NCBI GenBank assembly: GCA_040285855.1
Contig: JAUFOQ010000001.1
Span: 1,364,001 to 1,428,000 of the forward strand
Reading direction: 5' to 3'
Source of the DNA: Eukaryota sp. GEM-RC1
Lineage: Eukaryota
Length of the DNA: 64,000 bases
Positions 39,798-52,976 of this stretch are shown here, in pieces. How positions within the stretch are numbered: the stretch's first letter is position 1; each line of letters starts with the position of its first letter. The translations under genes and the position numbers were made by a program. The notes below the pieces were generated by a model. The model saw nothing but the letters and a program-made list of their open reading frames with translations, searched no databases and had not been told where the DNA came from.

Positions 39798-41158
39798 TTA
39801 TCTCAACAAGTGTTCTACTTGGGAAATGATTGCATTAAACTGAGATTGAAACTGTCTGGAATTGGATCTCCATCGCTGTAAAGTAGAGATCACCTCCTGC
39901 TTCTTTAGTCTAAAGTGATTCCTGATAGCCTCCTGAAAACCAGGATGGGGTTGTTGCAGCTGCTGAAGTATAGCATACTGGGCAGTATAATACCGGATAC
40001 TGTCATTATACACAACACTACTTTGATTCCCTTGAGTTGTTCCTATACTTTGCTCATATCCCGGTTCGTTGAAGTACGGTTCATCACATAACACCATGCT
40101 CTGTACACTGAGCATTAACTGAAGCAGTGAGCTGGTTTGAGGATGCCACTGTTCAGAACCACTGCCACTCCAAGTTCCTAGAAGAGACAGGCATATGTAA
40201 CTGGTATAAGAAACAGGTATCTGATAACATACCCATTTGCATACAGATTTGGATTGAATCGTACGTTATTGTGGTTCTCCAAAAGAACTTTCGGGGGACT
40301 GTTGGGATAATCAGAAGGCATAACTACGTCGAATATGAACACTCCGTTAGCATAAGGTGTGCTCTCAGCTCCTGTTATGAGGAACTTGAGATGCATTACG
40401 TTGTTACAGGTTTTGATGAATATGGAGGAGTTTTTGTTGATCAACTTGGCATTAGCGCATGAAAAAACATGTCGAAGTACAATTTTAGTGACCGCTGGAG
40501 AACATGACTGTGGAATAACACAATGGGGAGATCCTAAGGAGCCATCAGAGACGAAGGCAAACGGCTGTAGGGATTGAATGTACTCAGTTTCATCTGAGTT
40601 GACTTGAGAACACGTTTTGTTGTGGTCCAGAATTCTAACAAGCTTCTGTAACCGTATTAAAACATTGTCATTATTGTCCAACGCATTGTTAGTCTGACAC
40701 TTGCTGAGGTAGTTATCAATAGTTGATCCAGTCTGTATCAGAATTCGAACAGCTGAAGTAAAATATTGAGGGTGAACAGCAATTGAGTCAGACACAGATT
40801 CAACTAATCTCAGAACTTCTTGGTAAATTGCAGTATTCTGTAGTACCACATCCACAGAAACATCAACAAAGAAGGAATAAGCAATGATATGTATGACAAG
40901 ACCTTGTTCATCAATATCCAAATTTGACATTGAGAGGCTTTGAAGACACTGTAAGATGCTATTTTCCTTGTTCCGTTGGAACGACAACCACGAGTTGATG
41001 TCAGAACCGTTGGTAGCTGAGCCATAGCCAATTCCCTTGTATCGATCGGAAGTACATTTGTTTGAATCCGATCTACAGGTTAAAGCAGCAGCAAGACTGT
41101 TCAGAGACTGTTTAGATGATGATGACAACTCTCTTAGTTGAAATTCCAGTGATGACAT
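39798..41158 (-). CDS. Ubiquitin-conjugating enzyme E2, BIRC6/UBE2Z-like (~442 aa, one intron)
   Basis: ITGAESTPYANGVFIFDV..YPNSPPKV..VRFNPNLYANG, intron, then YICLSLLGTWSG with catalytic Cys and DEPYFNEPGYE. Spliced length 1329 nt is divisible by 3. Confidence 0.9.
40201..40232 (-). other. 32-nt spliceosomal intron
   Basis: GTATGT...CCAG; removal restores the NPNLYANGYICLSLL motif. Confidence 0.88.
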
Positions 41159-42833
41159 TACATCTCAGTTTGGTTAAAATTTGAATTTGTAGTCCACTGT
41201 AAAATTATCGGATATCTCCATCTTCTCCATTTGTTTATTATCGAAATTCTTCGTGTCTTAGTTGAGCTCGTACGTGCATGATTTAAACTGGGGGAAAGTG
41301 ACCACGTCATTTATGTTATTTTGAAAACAGATAGTCATATCCAAACATTTACATAGTTGGCAATCACATATTATAGCGTGTGATTACATAAACCACATTT
41401 TTGTCAAAATGTGTGATCACAATGTGATTTGTGTTACCAATTTAAAACCTTTGAATAGAAAAATAAAATCAAATCTATCCTTAACATGTACTCAATTTAA
41501 AACATAGCTGTCCATGACACCAACAACCTCACTGTTATGACATTCATTACATCATAACACCCATAAATTATGGGCCATAATTGAAAAAGAGATGTGGGCG
41601 AAACAAAATACAGATTCAACTTAATACAGTCTTATGCAAACTCAATTGACTATCTACTTCTCTGTGTTGATTAGCATGCTTTACTATTGATTGTCTATCA
41701 AAAATGTCAGAAAAACTACACTGTTGAACGATTTAACAATGTTACGTTTGCCATGACATAAAGTGTTAGTTTGTCCTGACGTCATTACAGAGTGCCATGA
41801 CGTAATATTGTCATGACGTAATGGACAGCTATGATTTAAAATGAAAAGCATTTGTCAATTTAATGACATACGAGTAGCTGTGAGACAAGACAAAAAACTT
41901 TGAATAATTTAAAGCAACAATCACGAAACGAATCGCATTTTCAATTTGACATTTGCTTCGACATTGGACTTTCACACGTCCAACAGACATCTTTGACTGT
42001 CAAAGTGAGAAACAAAGAGAGACTGTGTCCATCTGTTTTAACTTTCCGTTGCTAAAACACGAACAGAAATTAACACTACCTTCTCCACTTAAAAAATGTA
42101 GTAAACCGACAATGGAGAATAGAACTGAAACTGTGATAGTTAGTGATGATAACTGCAAAACAATATCTGCCGACGAATACACTGAGAATATGTTTGAGAT
42201 TATGAGGCCTCCACTTCATGTTAAAAGAACATAAACGCCGTATTGATCTAAATATCGATAGTTCTGTAGTAAGTTGTACATGTAGTTACTATACATTGTA
42301 TAAATAAATAACAAAGTTATTACTGATAATCTAATTTTATTCAGACTGCATGAAGTGGAAATCCGTGTAATTACAATCACACTTTTGGAAAAAGTTGGGT
42401 GATTCCGAACTTTGACCCTTTATATTGACATACAACTTTGACGGAAACATATAAGAAAACACAAATACCATTTCCAATTGTTGTTAAGTTTAAATCAAGG
42501 TATTTTAGAAGTGAGGGCATCGATCAAATAATCAGCGTCACAATAAGAAGGTGAAACATATAGGAACAAATATAAGAAAAAAAATCCCAGACGAATCTAA
42601 ATGGGCTATATCTGCAAAAAATTGTGTTCTAAAAGATAATTGGAAGTGGAAAACAAAGTTGATATAGGTCTTATCAACCAAATTCTCCAGTAAAATAATG
42701 TGCAGATTATGCTGTTAGTGGCTGATCTCCCAACCAAGCATTGGGGCAAACTGTTAGCCGTAAAAACACGTGTTTGCCCCACCATACTCATTTCAAAAAA
42801 AACCGAATCAATTTTTTTCAAACATCCCTTCCC

Positions 42834-45612
42834 ATGTTCAAAAGTGTCAGGACCAACAGAGAACACGAGATATCGAACTTATCCCACACAGTCTACTCAA
42901 CTGCCAGGAAAAAACGGGTCAGGCACTTACCTGCACGAACGAAAAAGACAACAAACAACACTACCTTTGGGAACAGCTGTTTCGGATCCACTAAGCCACA
43001 ACTATCATTCCCCTTGTTTGAGTCTCCGTCTCGTCCTCTTCGATCTTCCTTCAGACCTCCCCATTTGCAACACTCCTTGCTGACTCTGATACATTCTCAT
43101 TACATTGTCCGACATCTGTTGAAACCAAGCTGTGAGTTAGATCATAGTAACAGCGATTCCTTCCACAGTACACACTCTTTCTACAGTAACACTTACCCTT
43201 CATTCCTCCATTTTATAGACGAGCTTCCTTCTTTTTCAAGAAAATGGGTTATGTAAGTCGACGTTTTTTCGAATCTTGTTTTTCAGCTGTCAAAGTTTTT
43301 CTTGAATCAAACAATGTAATTGTACATGCCAAGGACCTTCCACAACTATCTTCAATCAGTGGTTTCTTTGATACAGAGGTTCGATCCATTTGGTTGGATT
43401 TGGATCGTTTTATTGAAGCTGAGGACTTTCTGAATTACACTGCAATCGTAACTGGTTTGTCAGACTATAATATAGATGCATGTAGTTCATTTCCTTTGAC
43501 CGAACTTCTTGAATCTTCGTCTCCTCTTTTCTTACCTCATCTTAAAGTTCTTTGTATTCATATGTGTAATTTAGATAATGTTTTTGAATGTTTTTGTAAT
43601 TCTCTAATGGTAAATTCCACTGTTGTAGAACTCAAATTGTTCATTAGTTCTCTAACTAAATCAAAAGCTGCTTCTCTTGCAGCAATGTTTTCTTCAACAC
43701 GACTTTGAAATCAGTTTCTTTAGCTTCAGATCATGACGTTACAAGAGGTAGGAGTATCGGAGATACTGAATTACTGGCTGTTCTCATTGGAATTTCAAAT
43801 AATTCAACAATTCAAAAACTGGATCTTTCAAATTGTTGTTTTCGAAATATGTCTTTTCTGAAACCGGTTCTAAACAGTACTTCTAGTTGCTTCAAAACAA
43901 TATTATTTCCCACAAAAGTTAATCTTGATTTTACTGTGTTAAAACATCTTCCGATTCACACTTCTATTGAAACAGTAGGTTTCATAAACACCAAATTCGA
44001 AGGTGAAAGTTGTGCTTCAGTTTTGAGAAAATTTTCAAATTTACATCGACTAGAGTTGAATCAATGCACTTGCACATTTTCACCAATTTTCGGCTTCTTT
44101 GAATTCTATCCTTCTGTGCGGGAGTTGTTTTTGAAGAAAGTAGAAGGTCAAACGATTGATGATCAGGATTTTCAATCTCTTGTTCAAATGTTGAAAAACA
44201 ATAACAGTTTATACTCTTTAACTATTGATGATTTTGAATTTACTTCATGTCAGTGGCAAAGTATTCTGGGGGTAGCTGCACAACATCCTGCTTTACAGAG
44301 TATGCACTTACCTTCATTAGACTTACAGGTTTTGATGGTGGTGTATGAAAGTATGCACATCAACAAACCCTTTTTTACATTGAGCGTATCTCCTCACTTT
44401 ATTAGTACTAAGAATTCAGTGTTTTGGTTTACAACATTAACTAGAACTCCCTTGACTATAGAAGACGCCTCATCGCTGCAGAGTTTTTTGAGATTCAATG
44501 CCATCAAAAACCTTTCACTGAGAGGTTTTTCTATCTCTGATGACGTGCTTAATGTCTTGCATGACTCAATCAGATTCAATGATTTTCTATCTACTGTTGA
44601 TTTAAGTTACTGTAATCTATCTGATGTTGTACCTATTATCAACGCATTTCATTTTAAATATTCTTTTAACAAGATAAGTCTTTGTCACAATTTACTGGGT
44701 TTTAAATGTCTATTGAAAGTTTTTGAGCAAATTTTAAAACGAAAGCTAATCCCAAATGTTGTTCTTGTTCCCAATATCATTGACGTTTCTACTGGGTTTA
44801 TCTATACCTCAAGAAAGATGTCTGATGATGATGTGATTTCACTATTAAGAGCATTAAAATCCAACGTTCCAATTAGAAATGTCAAGTATGAAAGTTTTTG
44901 CATTTCGACAATTCAAGGACTTATAGCCTTATTTGAGGTTCTGTCAATCAATAGATTTGTTATGGACGTTCCAACTTTACATCACACCATTGACTTTGAA
45001 AACGGAATATTTCTATATTCTGCAAAATACCGTTCTTACCGCAATAATCTTCCGCTTTCTACTGAAGAAATTGGTTGTTTAAAGGGACTTGTCCGCGCTT
45101 TTAATATCAAAGAGCTAACTCTCGACGGATGTTTTTTCAGTGATGAGTCAATCAGATCTTTGGCAGAATTAATCAGAATCGGTCATTCACTGACTTCTGT
45201 TGAGTTGAGGAACGGTTCTATATTTTATTTCAATTTCTGCAAATTTTTGAGGGTTTTAAGCTTAAACTATTGTTGTAATCTCAAAGTGGTTTCACTTGCA
45301 AACAACAATTTATGTTGTAACAGCGCTACAGCACTGTCTAAAGATTTGATGAAAAATACGTCAATTACTTTAATCAATCTTAGTGGTAACTCTATCGAAT
45401 GTGAAGGTGCTGTAGCTTTGGCAGAAGCATTGAAAGTCAATTCATCAATAACAACGCTTTATTTAGATCACAATTCTATTGGATCCGATGGTGCTATAGC
45501 TTTGGCAGAAGCATTGAAAGTCAACTCGTCAATTATTGAGCTTTCTCTAAAGGGTAATCAGATCACCTCTGAAGTGGAACATTTCTTAGAGAATAGTCGT
45601 ATCAAGCTTTAA
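42834..45612 (+). CDS. Large RNI-like (NLRC3-like) leucine-rich repeat protein, two single-base frameshifts
   Basis: Three abutting ORFs join with shifts near 43243 and 43697; C-terminal 28-residue repeats ALAEALKVNSSITTLYLDHNSIGSDGA. Start codon uncertain. Confidence 0.75.
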
Positions 45613-46852
45613 CTTTCTGCTGTTTAGACGACGGGTTATGTCGAATTTGTACTCTTGTACAACCATTGTTATTGGCGTTCATCGACACTGTATGTTTGTT
45701 CTCAATTGTTGCTCCATTTTCAATTTGTATATAATAAAATTTCAAATGTAGTGATGTGCTTACAACCTGTAACTATAATTGACTGTCGAAGACTTCTGTA
45801 TTAATAACGTTATAAATTTTAGTTGAAAGACAGATTACATAACTGGCCCAAGTATTCATTGAGTTTTCACTTGACTCAACGCTGCGTTAAGGCTATTTGA
45901 TTTATAATAATTGCAGAATATCCAATTGTTTGCCTGAATTGGTTCCTTAGAGAATTGAGTTTGTATCTAGTTCTGGTGTTACTTCACAATTCAGAACAGA
46001 ACCCAGTACTTGACATTCACAATATCATTTGCTGGCCTTTTATACAACTTATTTAGATCCATTTAAAAATTAACATGATAACATTCGAGCTGCATCAACG
46101 TCAGCATTATCATTCTACTCGAGTAAACTATGAAAATAATACAAGCCCTCCCACGGAGTACAAGTCTTTGTGTTCAAAGGTGGTTATACGAAGAAGCCCT
46201 TTTACGACATAGAAGCCCCCACAATGTTGTGTTGAAAGAATTAAGACAAATATTCTTGACATACTGTATATCAATTAATTGGTTCATTAAATTGACAGTT
46301 TCTTTTACTGCTTCATTTCTCTTCTTTTAAGCTACTGAAGATTGAATCTACCAATAGTTTTATTGTTCAGATACAAGTAAAACTTGAATAGATACAATCA
46401 ATCATTTACCCATGTATCAGAAAGTCTTAGAAGCCCCATTAAAGGAACTTATACGGTTGAGTCCATGAGGGGGCTATTACTTTACATTTACTACTAGTAG
46501 TATGTGTCATTATTTTTTTCCTCTTTGAGCCCTTTTGATTGACCTCTTATTTAGCATTCGTTCCTTGAATGCATTGCGAGTAAACGGCAATACTGTTGTT
46601 GATTCCTGAACTTCCTATGTATCACTGACATGCTGGTGAAATTCTGTGTTTAACTCTAGAATGAGGGTCTACGGTAACTGGTAGAATCTCACATATGATC
46701 TTTGTTCCATGAAGTGATGACATGTTTTAATCGGTCAAAGGTACTGTATTGTTACACCTATGATACTAGTATGAGAACATCAACAGCCACCACATAATGG
46801 CTCACATTGTTTTCAAAGTTACATTGCAGTTTCAAGTTTTCACCCTAACCAA

Positions 46853-48176
46853 ATGTCTCTCCATGATCCTCTACTGAGTAGTAGTAGTTGTTCGTTGGAC
46901 TGCACTTTATCAACTGTTGTCTCCTCCTCTTCTAGTATTTCCTCCCTGAAGCCTCACTCTAATTCATCCTCATCTTCTCACTTATCCTGTCATGTGTATA
47001 TCCCACAGTCCTTGCTTATGATGACACATCTCCACTTGCTGAGACGTTTTTTTAGAGATTTCTCTCGAACTCAATCACCATGACATCCTCCATCCTCTCC
47101 TCAACTTGAAGCAAGATCTGCTTCCTTTCTGCGAGAAACTTGGTTATGTAAGCCATCATTTCTTTGAATCGGCACTCCTATCAATTACGGTCTTCTTCCA
47201 ATCACACACATTTCACGTCATTCCTAAAGACCTTCCTGAGCTCTTTTCACTTGCCTCTTTCTTTGAATCAGAGGTACAATCAGTTTTCCTACACTTAACT
47301 AAAACCTTTAATTCTGATGAATTTCTCTGTTGCTCCACTATAATTACTGGTTTGTCTATATGTCCAGGGACTAACAATGATTTGGAGTTTCTCAACAATT
47401 CTTCCTATAAATTTCCACGTCTTAAGCAGCTTGATGTTCGTGTTGAATCTTGTATTTCTATGTCAGTGATAGATTTGCTGAAAGTAAATAATACAGTTAC
47501 TTGTCTTAATCTGAGGGATAGTTCCATTGGGGTTGAAGGTGCTAGAGCTTTGGCGAATGCTTTAAACGTTAATACTACAATTACAAGTGTCGATCTGGGT
47601 GAAAACTGTATAGGAAATGAAGGTGTTAAAATGTTGGCAGATGCGTTAAAAGTTAATTCCACAGTTATTCAGATTAATTTATTAGAAAACCATATCGGCA
47701 ATGATGGTGCTATTGCATTAGCAAAAGCTTTACAAGTTAATTCTACTATATCTTGGCTTGACCTTTGGAAAACAGGTATTGGTAATGAAGGTGCCATTGC
47801 TTTGGCAGAAGCATTCAAAGTAAATGCCACTGTTACTAGAATTGACCTAGGTAACAACTGTATTGATTATAAAGGTGTTATTGCATTGACTGATGCGTTG
47901 AAGGTCAATTCTACTGTCGTACATGTAGGTCTTTCAGGTAATTCTATTGGTAATGAAGGCGCTTTTGCATTGGCACATGCTTTGAAGATCAATTCTACTA
48001 TTACTCAGATTGATCTTTCAAGTAACTCTATTGGTAATGAAGGTGCTGTTGCATTGTTTGAATCATTGAAGGTTAATGATACTGTCACTCACATTCGACT
48101 ATATGGTAACTCTATTGACTGCAATAGTGAACAACTCATCTCAAATAGTAGGTTAAGTTTCAATCTGCATGGTTAA
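46853..48176 (+). CDS. RNI-like (NLRC3-like) LRR protein, frameshift near 47050
   Basis: About eight 28-aa repeats LKVNxTxxxxxLxxNxIGxEGAxALA in 47480-48130; N-terminus shared with the 42834 gene. Confidence 0.85.
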
Positions 48177-48244
48177 TTCCTTTTGTGTCAATTGATGAAG
48201 TTTACAAGTCCATCTTCATCATCAGTATTTCTGTAATATTTTTA

Positions 48245-49125
48245 GACACTGATTTAACGCACCACAAAACGCACCATAAATAGATTTTTTTGTCCTTACG
48301 CACCACATTTATACGAAACGTACCATAAATTAATTTTCCATTTTTCTTTATTTTAAGGGATTCACAACAGTAAAGTATTCTTACGTTCTCTTCCTCTTGG
48401 TCTTTTTGTCTGAGGAAATGGGTTCCTTCGAGTTCCTCTAGAACCTAAAGAGCTACCTCGGGTTTTCCTTGCTTTGGGTCTAGAAGGAACAGAATGGATA
48501 TCACCCATCAACTTTTTCAATTGTTCGTTGATATAGGCTCGATGCTCAGAAGAGATCTCAGTGATGTTGGTCAATAATCTAAGGATGTCTGTGGAAGAAC
48601 TCTAGGTACTCAGAGAGTATGTTTTTCCACATCATGACCATTTTAACTACAATATCAGCTGGATTACCTGTAGACACCTGATGACAGCCAAGAAACTTCT
48701 TACCATAATCCGTAATCAAAGCGTGAATATACTGTAAAAATACAGGAAACTGTTCAAATTTTGCATCCATTTCGGCTAATGAGGCACTGACAGATTCGAT
48801 ATCTGACACATTTCTCCAAAGCAATCTAAATTCGTCTTCCAAAGCATTATCTCGTACATGTTTTGTAGGATGAGTTTCAACATTTTTATTGATATGCCAT
48901 AAGCAGAGAGCATGTTTGGCATCAGGGAATTGATGTTGAAGAGCAACATCAAGAGCTTGTTCACGGACTGTTATTGCCATAGCTAAAGTTACTGTATTTA
49001 AGGAGGTGCTATGAACAGAACAATTTATGGTACGTTACTGAATTTATGGTGCGTTCTACATTGTGGTGCGTAACGACAAAAGAAATCAATTTATGGTGCG
49101 TTTTGTGGTGCGTTAAATCAGTGTC
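48245..49125 (-). mobile_element. Non-autonomous Mutator-like element (881 bp)
   Basis: TIRs begin GACACTGATTTAACGCACCACAAAACGCACCATAAAT (perfect), with similarity extending ~90 bp. 8-bp TSD TATTTTTA. Transposase fragment ALQHQFPDAKHALCLWHINKN. Confidence 0.9.
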
Positions 49126-50329
49126 TATTTTTATTACATTCAATAACAGAAAATCCTTCTTGCAATTCACAAATTGTTCTTGTTTTCCATATATATAATC
49201 AATTAATTGACTTAGTCAGAATACATATATCATCTGGTATCCATTTTGATACCCTTGAGTACCTAACAATTGATCTTTGTCTTCGTCTTGGTTTGTTTGG
49301 AGCTTTCACTCTAACTACATGTAGAAGCAGTTTGTCTACTCATATACTAGAACGTTGTCTGAAAGTGCGGATCATTTGTAACGGTCATTAGGGGCTATTA
49401 TTCAATCTTACCAAATCATGTGTAACAAAGATAGTGCTTTGTTTGGTACCCAAAAGGTAACCTTGCATATAATACATAAATTAGGAATTACAATCATCAT
49501 CCTATAAATTACACACTGTCATCTAACACTCATTCATGACGTGACCTAGTCTAACAGACACTTCATTTTGTAGATATTTGGAGAACTATATTGGAAATAA
49601 GTCCCAGTAGTGTTACTCACACGAAGTTCCATAACTGTTGAATGAGAACTAAAAATCGAAAATGTAAATTTACTCTTCCAATGTTAGCTTATGTTGCTCC
49701 CATTTTTGTCCAAGTTGATTGGAAGCAACTACTTTTCGGAATGAGGTAGTTCTTTTCATAATTTGTTTTAATAGTCTTTATATATTTGTCGTTTTCTAGT
49801 TGTGTGTTTTTCTCCGCACATAAATCCGTTTTTTAATGATTATGCTGGGTTCTATGTCAAATTCATAAATAATGTATAATTGCATTTTGCCTTATTTCGT
49901 TTCATTAATGAATTTCACGACACCAGCTAATTGATTTTTAAACGACATATCGACGTACATCATCAATTATTAAATTAGACAGTTTATCTTTTAACTGGAC
50001 AAAAATCAAAAGCAGAACAAACTCTACGAAACACTAGACACCGAAAATTGCTGACTAAAAGCACCACAGCTCATATACATATTGGAGTTCGACTTCATGA
50101 AATGAAAAAAATTATGTTTAGGTCATCAGTTGGAACAGAGAATAAATGCAGCGATCTGTCAAATTAACAAGTACATAGTAGTTTTTCGAAATCTAAATAT
50201 TTCCCAGAATCAGTGTCTGAAATATCTGAAAGATGTTTACTAATTTTCAGTTTTGTCTGAACAAATTGCAACAGAAACTAACAAACAAATTTTCAAGCTT
50301 GGATTATAACGTTTGACTTGGCACGGCCA

Positions 50330-51230
50330 AGAAAAAACACCCTGCTCTTGCAAATGTCTCAATGGATGTTTCAAATAGCTCCGCTTCATAACGGATTACC
50401 CTAATTCCTCAAGTTTATGGTCTTCTTCTTGATGATGACTCTTGGTCATTAAACATGCGGTTACAGTCATAAATATGGCCTGATAACCTTCCACATAATT
50501 TGAAATGCCAGTGCGGACAGTCTGTAACACCTACACATTTATTGAATTGTAACCGTTTTATTTCTATTAGAAGTACGGTTCAGGGATCAATTATATTGTG
50601 TGTGTGTAAATCTTATAGAATAGTTTCCCTTTTAGAACCAGTTCTCGCAAATTTGTTTGATGATACAGATGTTGACAAATCGTTTGGAAATTGCCGTGTT
50701 GATGTCATATTTCCTGGTCTCAATGTATCATGCATTATTGCTAATGTTATGTCTATCGATGTTGGTGAATATTCCAACAAGAAACTTGCTAAATCTGATG
50801 CTAAAAACCATTTGTTCATTGGTGACAAATTTAAAATGGAAAAATATTGTGCTAAATGGAAATTATTGAATTTGGTTTCACACTCGAAATGCTTGTTGTC
50901 CCTTTTTGTATTTCACTGTACGATTCTTTAGGTGAATCAATATCATTACTGGAAATCTTTGTTACGATTGTGAAAGAAAAAACATCTACTAGTAGAACTT
51001 TTTACCTTAGTTTTGGAAAAATCGAATTGTGTTTGCTATCTTTCAAGGTATGGTAACTTCCGCATCTAGCGCTTTATTATCTTTTGGCATACATTATGAG
51101 AATAGGGTTGGTGAGAACTTCCAGATAGGCAATTTGAACTTTGCGGATATTGATTATGAGATGTATGTACGCTGTAGTGTTGTTTTCAATAAAATAACAG
51201 TTTATTTTACAAATTTAAATACAAGTTTTT
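50330..51230 (+). mobile_element. 3' remnant of non-LTR retrotransposon with zinc knuckle and restriction-like endonuclease
   Basis: KCQCGQSVTPTHLLNC knuckle, then EP...FGNCRVDVIFP and FWKNRIVFAIF-type C-terminus. Confidence 0.6.
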
Positions 51231-51489
51231 TTTATTGGACCCTAATTCAAACAGTGCTGTTTTTCCTGACACACGTATTTTACACAAATACATGATCAGA
51301 GTATGCAGCCGATGAACTCGAGGTCGGTAAACACAGCTTCTATATTAGACCCATATGTTATTGCTCGGCTCGTCTTGGTTTTTGTTACTGCAGATGAAAA
51401 CGATTGAGATTGTGTGCGTGGTTCTTAAAAATATTTATAATAATGAATATAATACATGTCTAAACTTCACACTTCAATACCAATCAATA

Positions 51490-52884
51490 TCAATGACTTA
51501 GTTTTCTAGATTGCTCTACAGCTTTAGCAACATTCCTAGCCCGCGTACTAGCTTCCCTCACGTCATTATCTAATGACTCCAGACCAAAAGAAAGAACTTT
51601 CTGAATTTCTGGATGTCTTAAATACTCATGAACAGTGCCACCAAGCACACTACCAGCGTCTCCAATGAGATTGAGAACTGAAACGAAGACCGCATCTGTG
51701 TTAAAACGATCAATACAAGTGACAATAATGTACTTAAACATTTCCTCAACGTAATTTTGGAGTACAATGGCTTTGCGTTCTCGCGTCAATCCCTGTAAAA
51801 GACCAGTATAAACGTCAAAAATAGAAATACGCAGAGAATTAACGAAGTCAATCTGATCTTCATCATTCACGTCTTCAATCTTAATTTGCTGGGCAGCCTG
51901 GACCAATCGCATAGTCTCCTGAATGTAAGGTTCGAAAGCTCCTCCCGAGACTATAGCGTAATCTGCAATAGCAGAAAGTAACATTGGTCGAAGACTCTTG
52001 TCAGTACTTGGGTTAGTCAGGATAGAGACTGTGGTGCGATAAAAAGTATCCAAATAAGGCGAGAACTTAGTATCAAGCGCTCTGCTGACGTCACCAACTG
52101 CAGTTATAGCCAATGACAATACTGTGACTGAGGTAACAGCAGAAAGACCAGTCATTAAATGGGGCCCAAAAGCGTCCATGTACCTCAAGAAATCCTCTCC
52201 AATAGCGTTAGCAAGTGCTGCAACAGCCATCAAAACATCATCAAGAAGAGTCATGTGAGAGAACTTTAATACTTCAAGGAAACAAGACATTATATCATCA
52301 GCGAAGGGTCGTATGGCTCCTTGTAGACGTGTGCACAAATCATTTAAGAGACCACACAAGACACTTTGGATCTCAACCAACGTTTCATTATCTTCTGTAG
52401 TCAAAGGGGTCTGAGAGAAGGTCTGCTTCAATCCGTCAATTAAAGGACGAACTAACTCAGTAATAGTGGCTAGAGTATCTTCAGCAGAGTCAAGGATAAC
52501 GCTATTGAGAGCTTCGTAAGCAGAGATGCGTATGTTATCATTATCCACATCTGATCTGGCTGATGTCCTTAGCAAATCTTGAATAGCTCTAGAGATAAAT
52601 GGTGGCACGGCGTGTGTGGGTTGGTCCAGAAGGTCAAAGTCGTCAGCAGAGCCACGGTGGAATTTGTTGAGATCCGTGGGATCACCCTGTGCTCTTTCTA
52701 CTTGACCACTGAAGAGAGAACGTGCGGCTTGATAATCAGATATTTCCTTCTGTGTGCTGTTTTGGGAGGTTTCTTCATTTTCATCTAAAACCATGTGGCA
52801 GTCATCAGGTGTATCAGAATCTTCTTGTTGTATTGTAAGAGCAGCGCATTCAGTTTGTTCTTCATCACCCCATTCATCAGACAT
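51490..52884 (-). CDS. Importin beta-1 C-terminal half fused to an unrelated acidic N-terminus
   Basis: NIRISAYEALNSVI..., DVLMAVAALANAIGEDFLRYMDAFGPHL and AVGDVSRAL are importin-beta HEAT motifs. Only ~380 aa of importin is present, and the first ~80 aa do not look like importin. Confidence 0.75.
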   Translation of the reverse strand: MSDEWGDEEQTECAALTIQQEDSDTPDDCHMVLDENEETSQNSTQKEISDYQAARSLFSGQVERAQGDPTDLNKFHRGSADDFDLLDQPTHAVPPFISRAIQDLLRTSARSDVDNDNIRISAYEALNSVILDSAEDTLATITELVRPLIDGLKQTFSQTPLTTEDNETLVEIQSVLCGLLNDLCTRLQGAIRPFADDIMSCFLEVLKFSHMTLLDDVLMAVAALANAIGEDFLRYMDAFGPHLMTGLSAVTSVTVLSLAITAVGDVSRALDTKFSPYLDTFYRTTVSILTNPSTDKSLRPMLLSAIADYAIVSGGAFEPYIQETMRLVQAAQQIKIEDVNDEDQIDFVNSLRISIFDVYTGLLQGLTRERKAIVLQNYVEEMFKYIIVTCIDRFNTDAVFVSVLNLIGDAGSVLGGTVHEYLRHPEIQKVLSFGLESLDNDVREASTRARNVAKAVEQSRKLSH

Positions 52885-52976
52885 TTCAAAAAGTAAAGAA
52901 AAGTAAACAAATTTTGTCTTAATCTTTCCCATTTGATCGACTCTCAAGCAAAGTTTTAAAATACAAAATACAGTAA

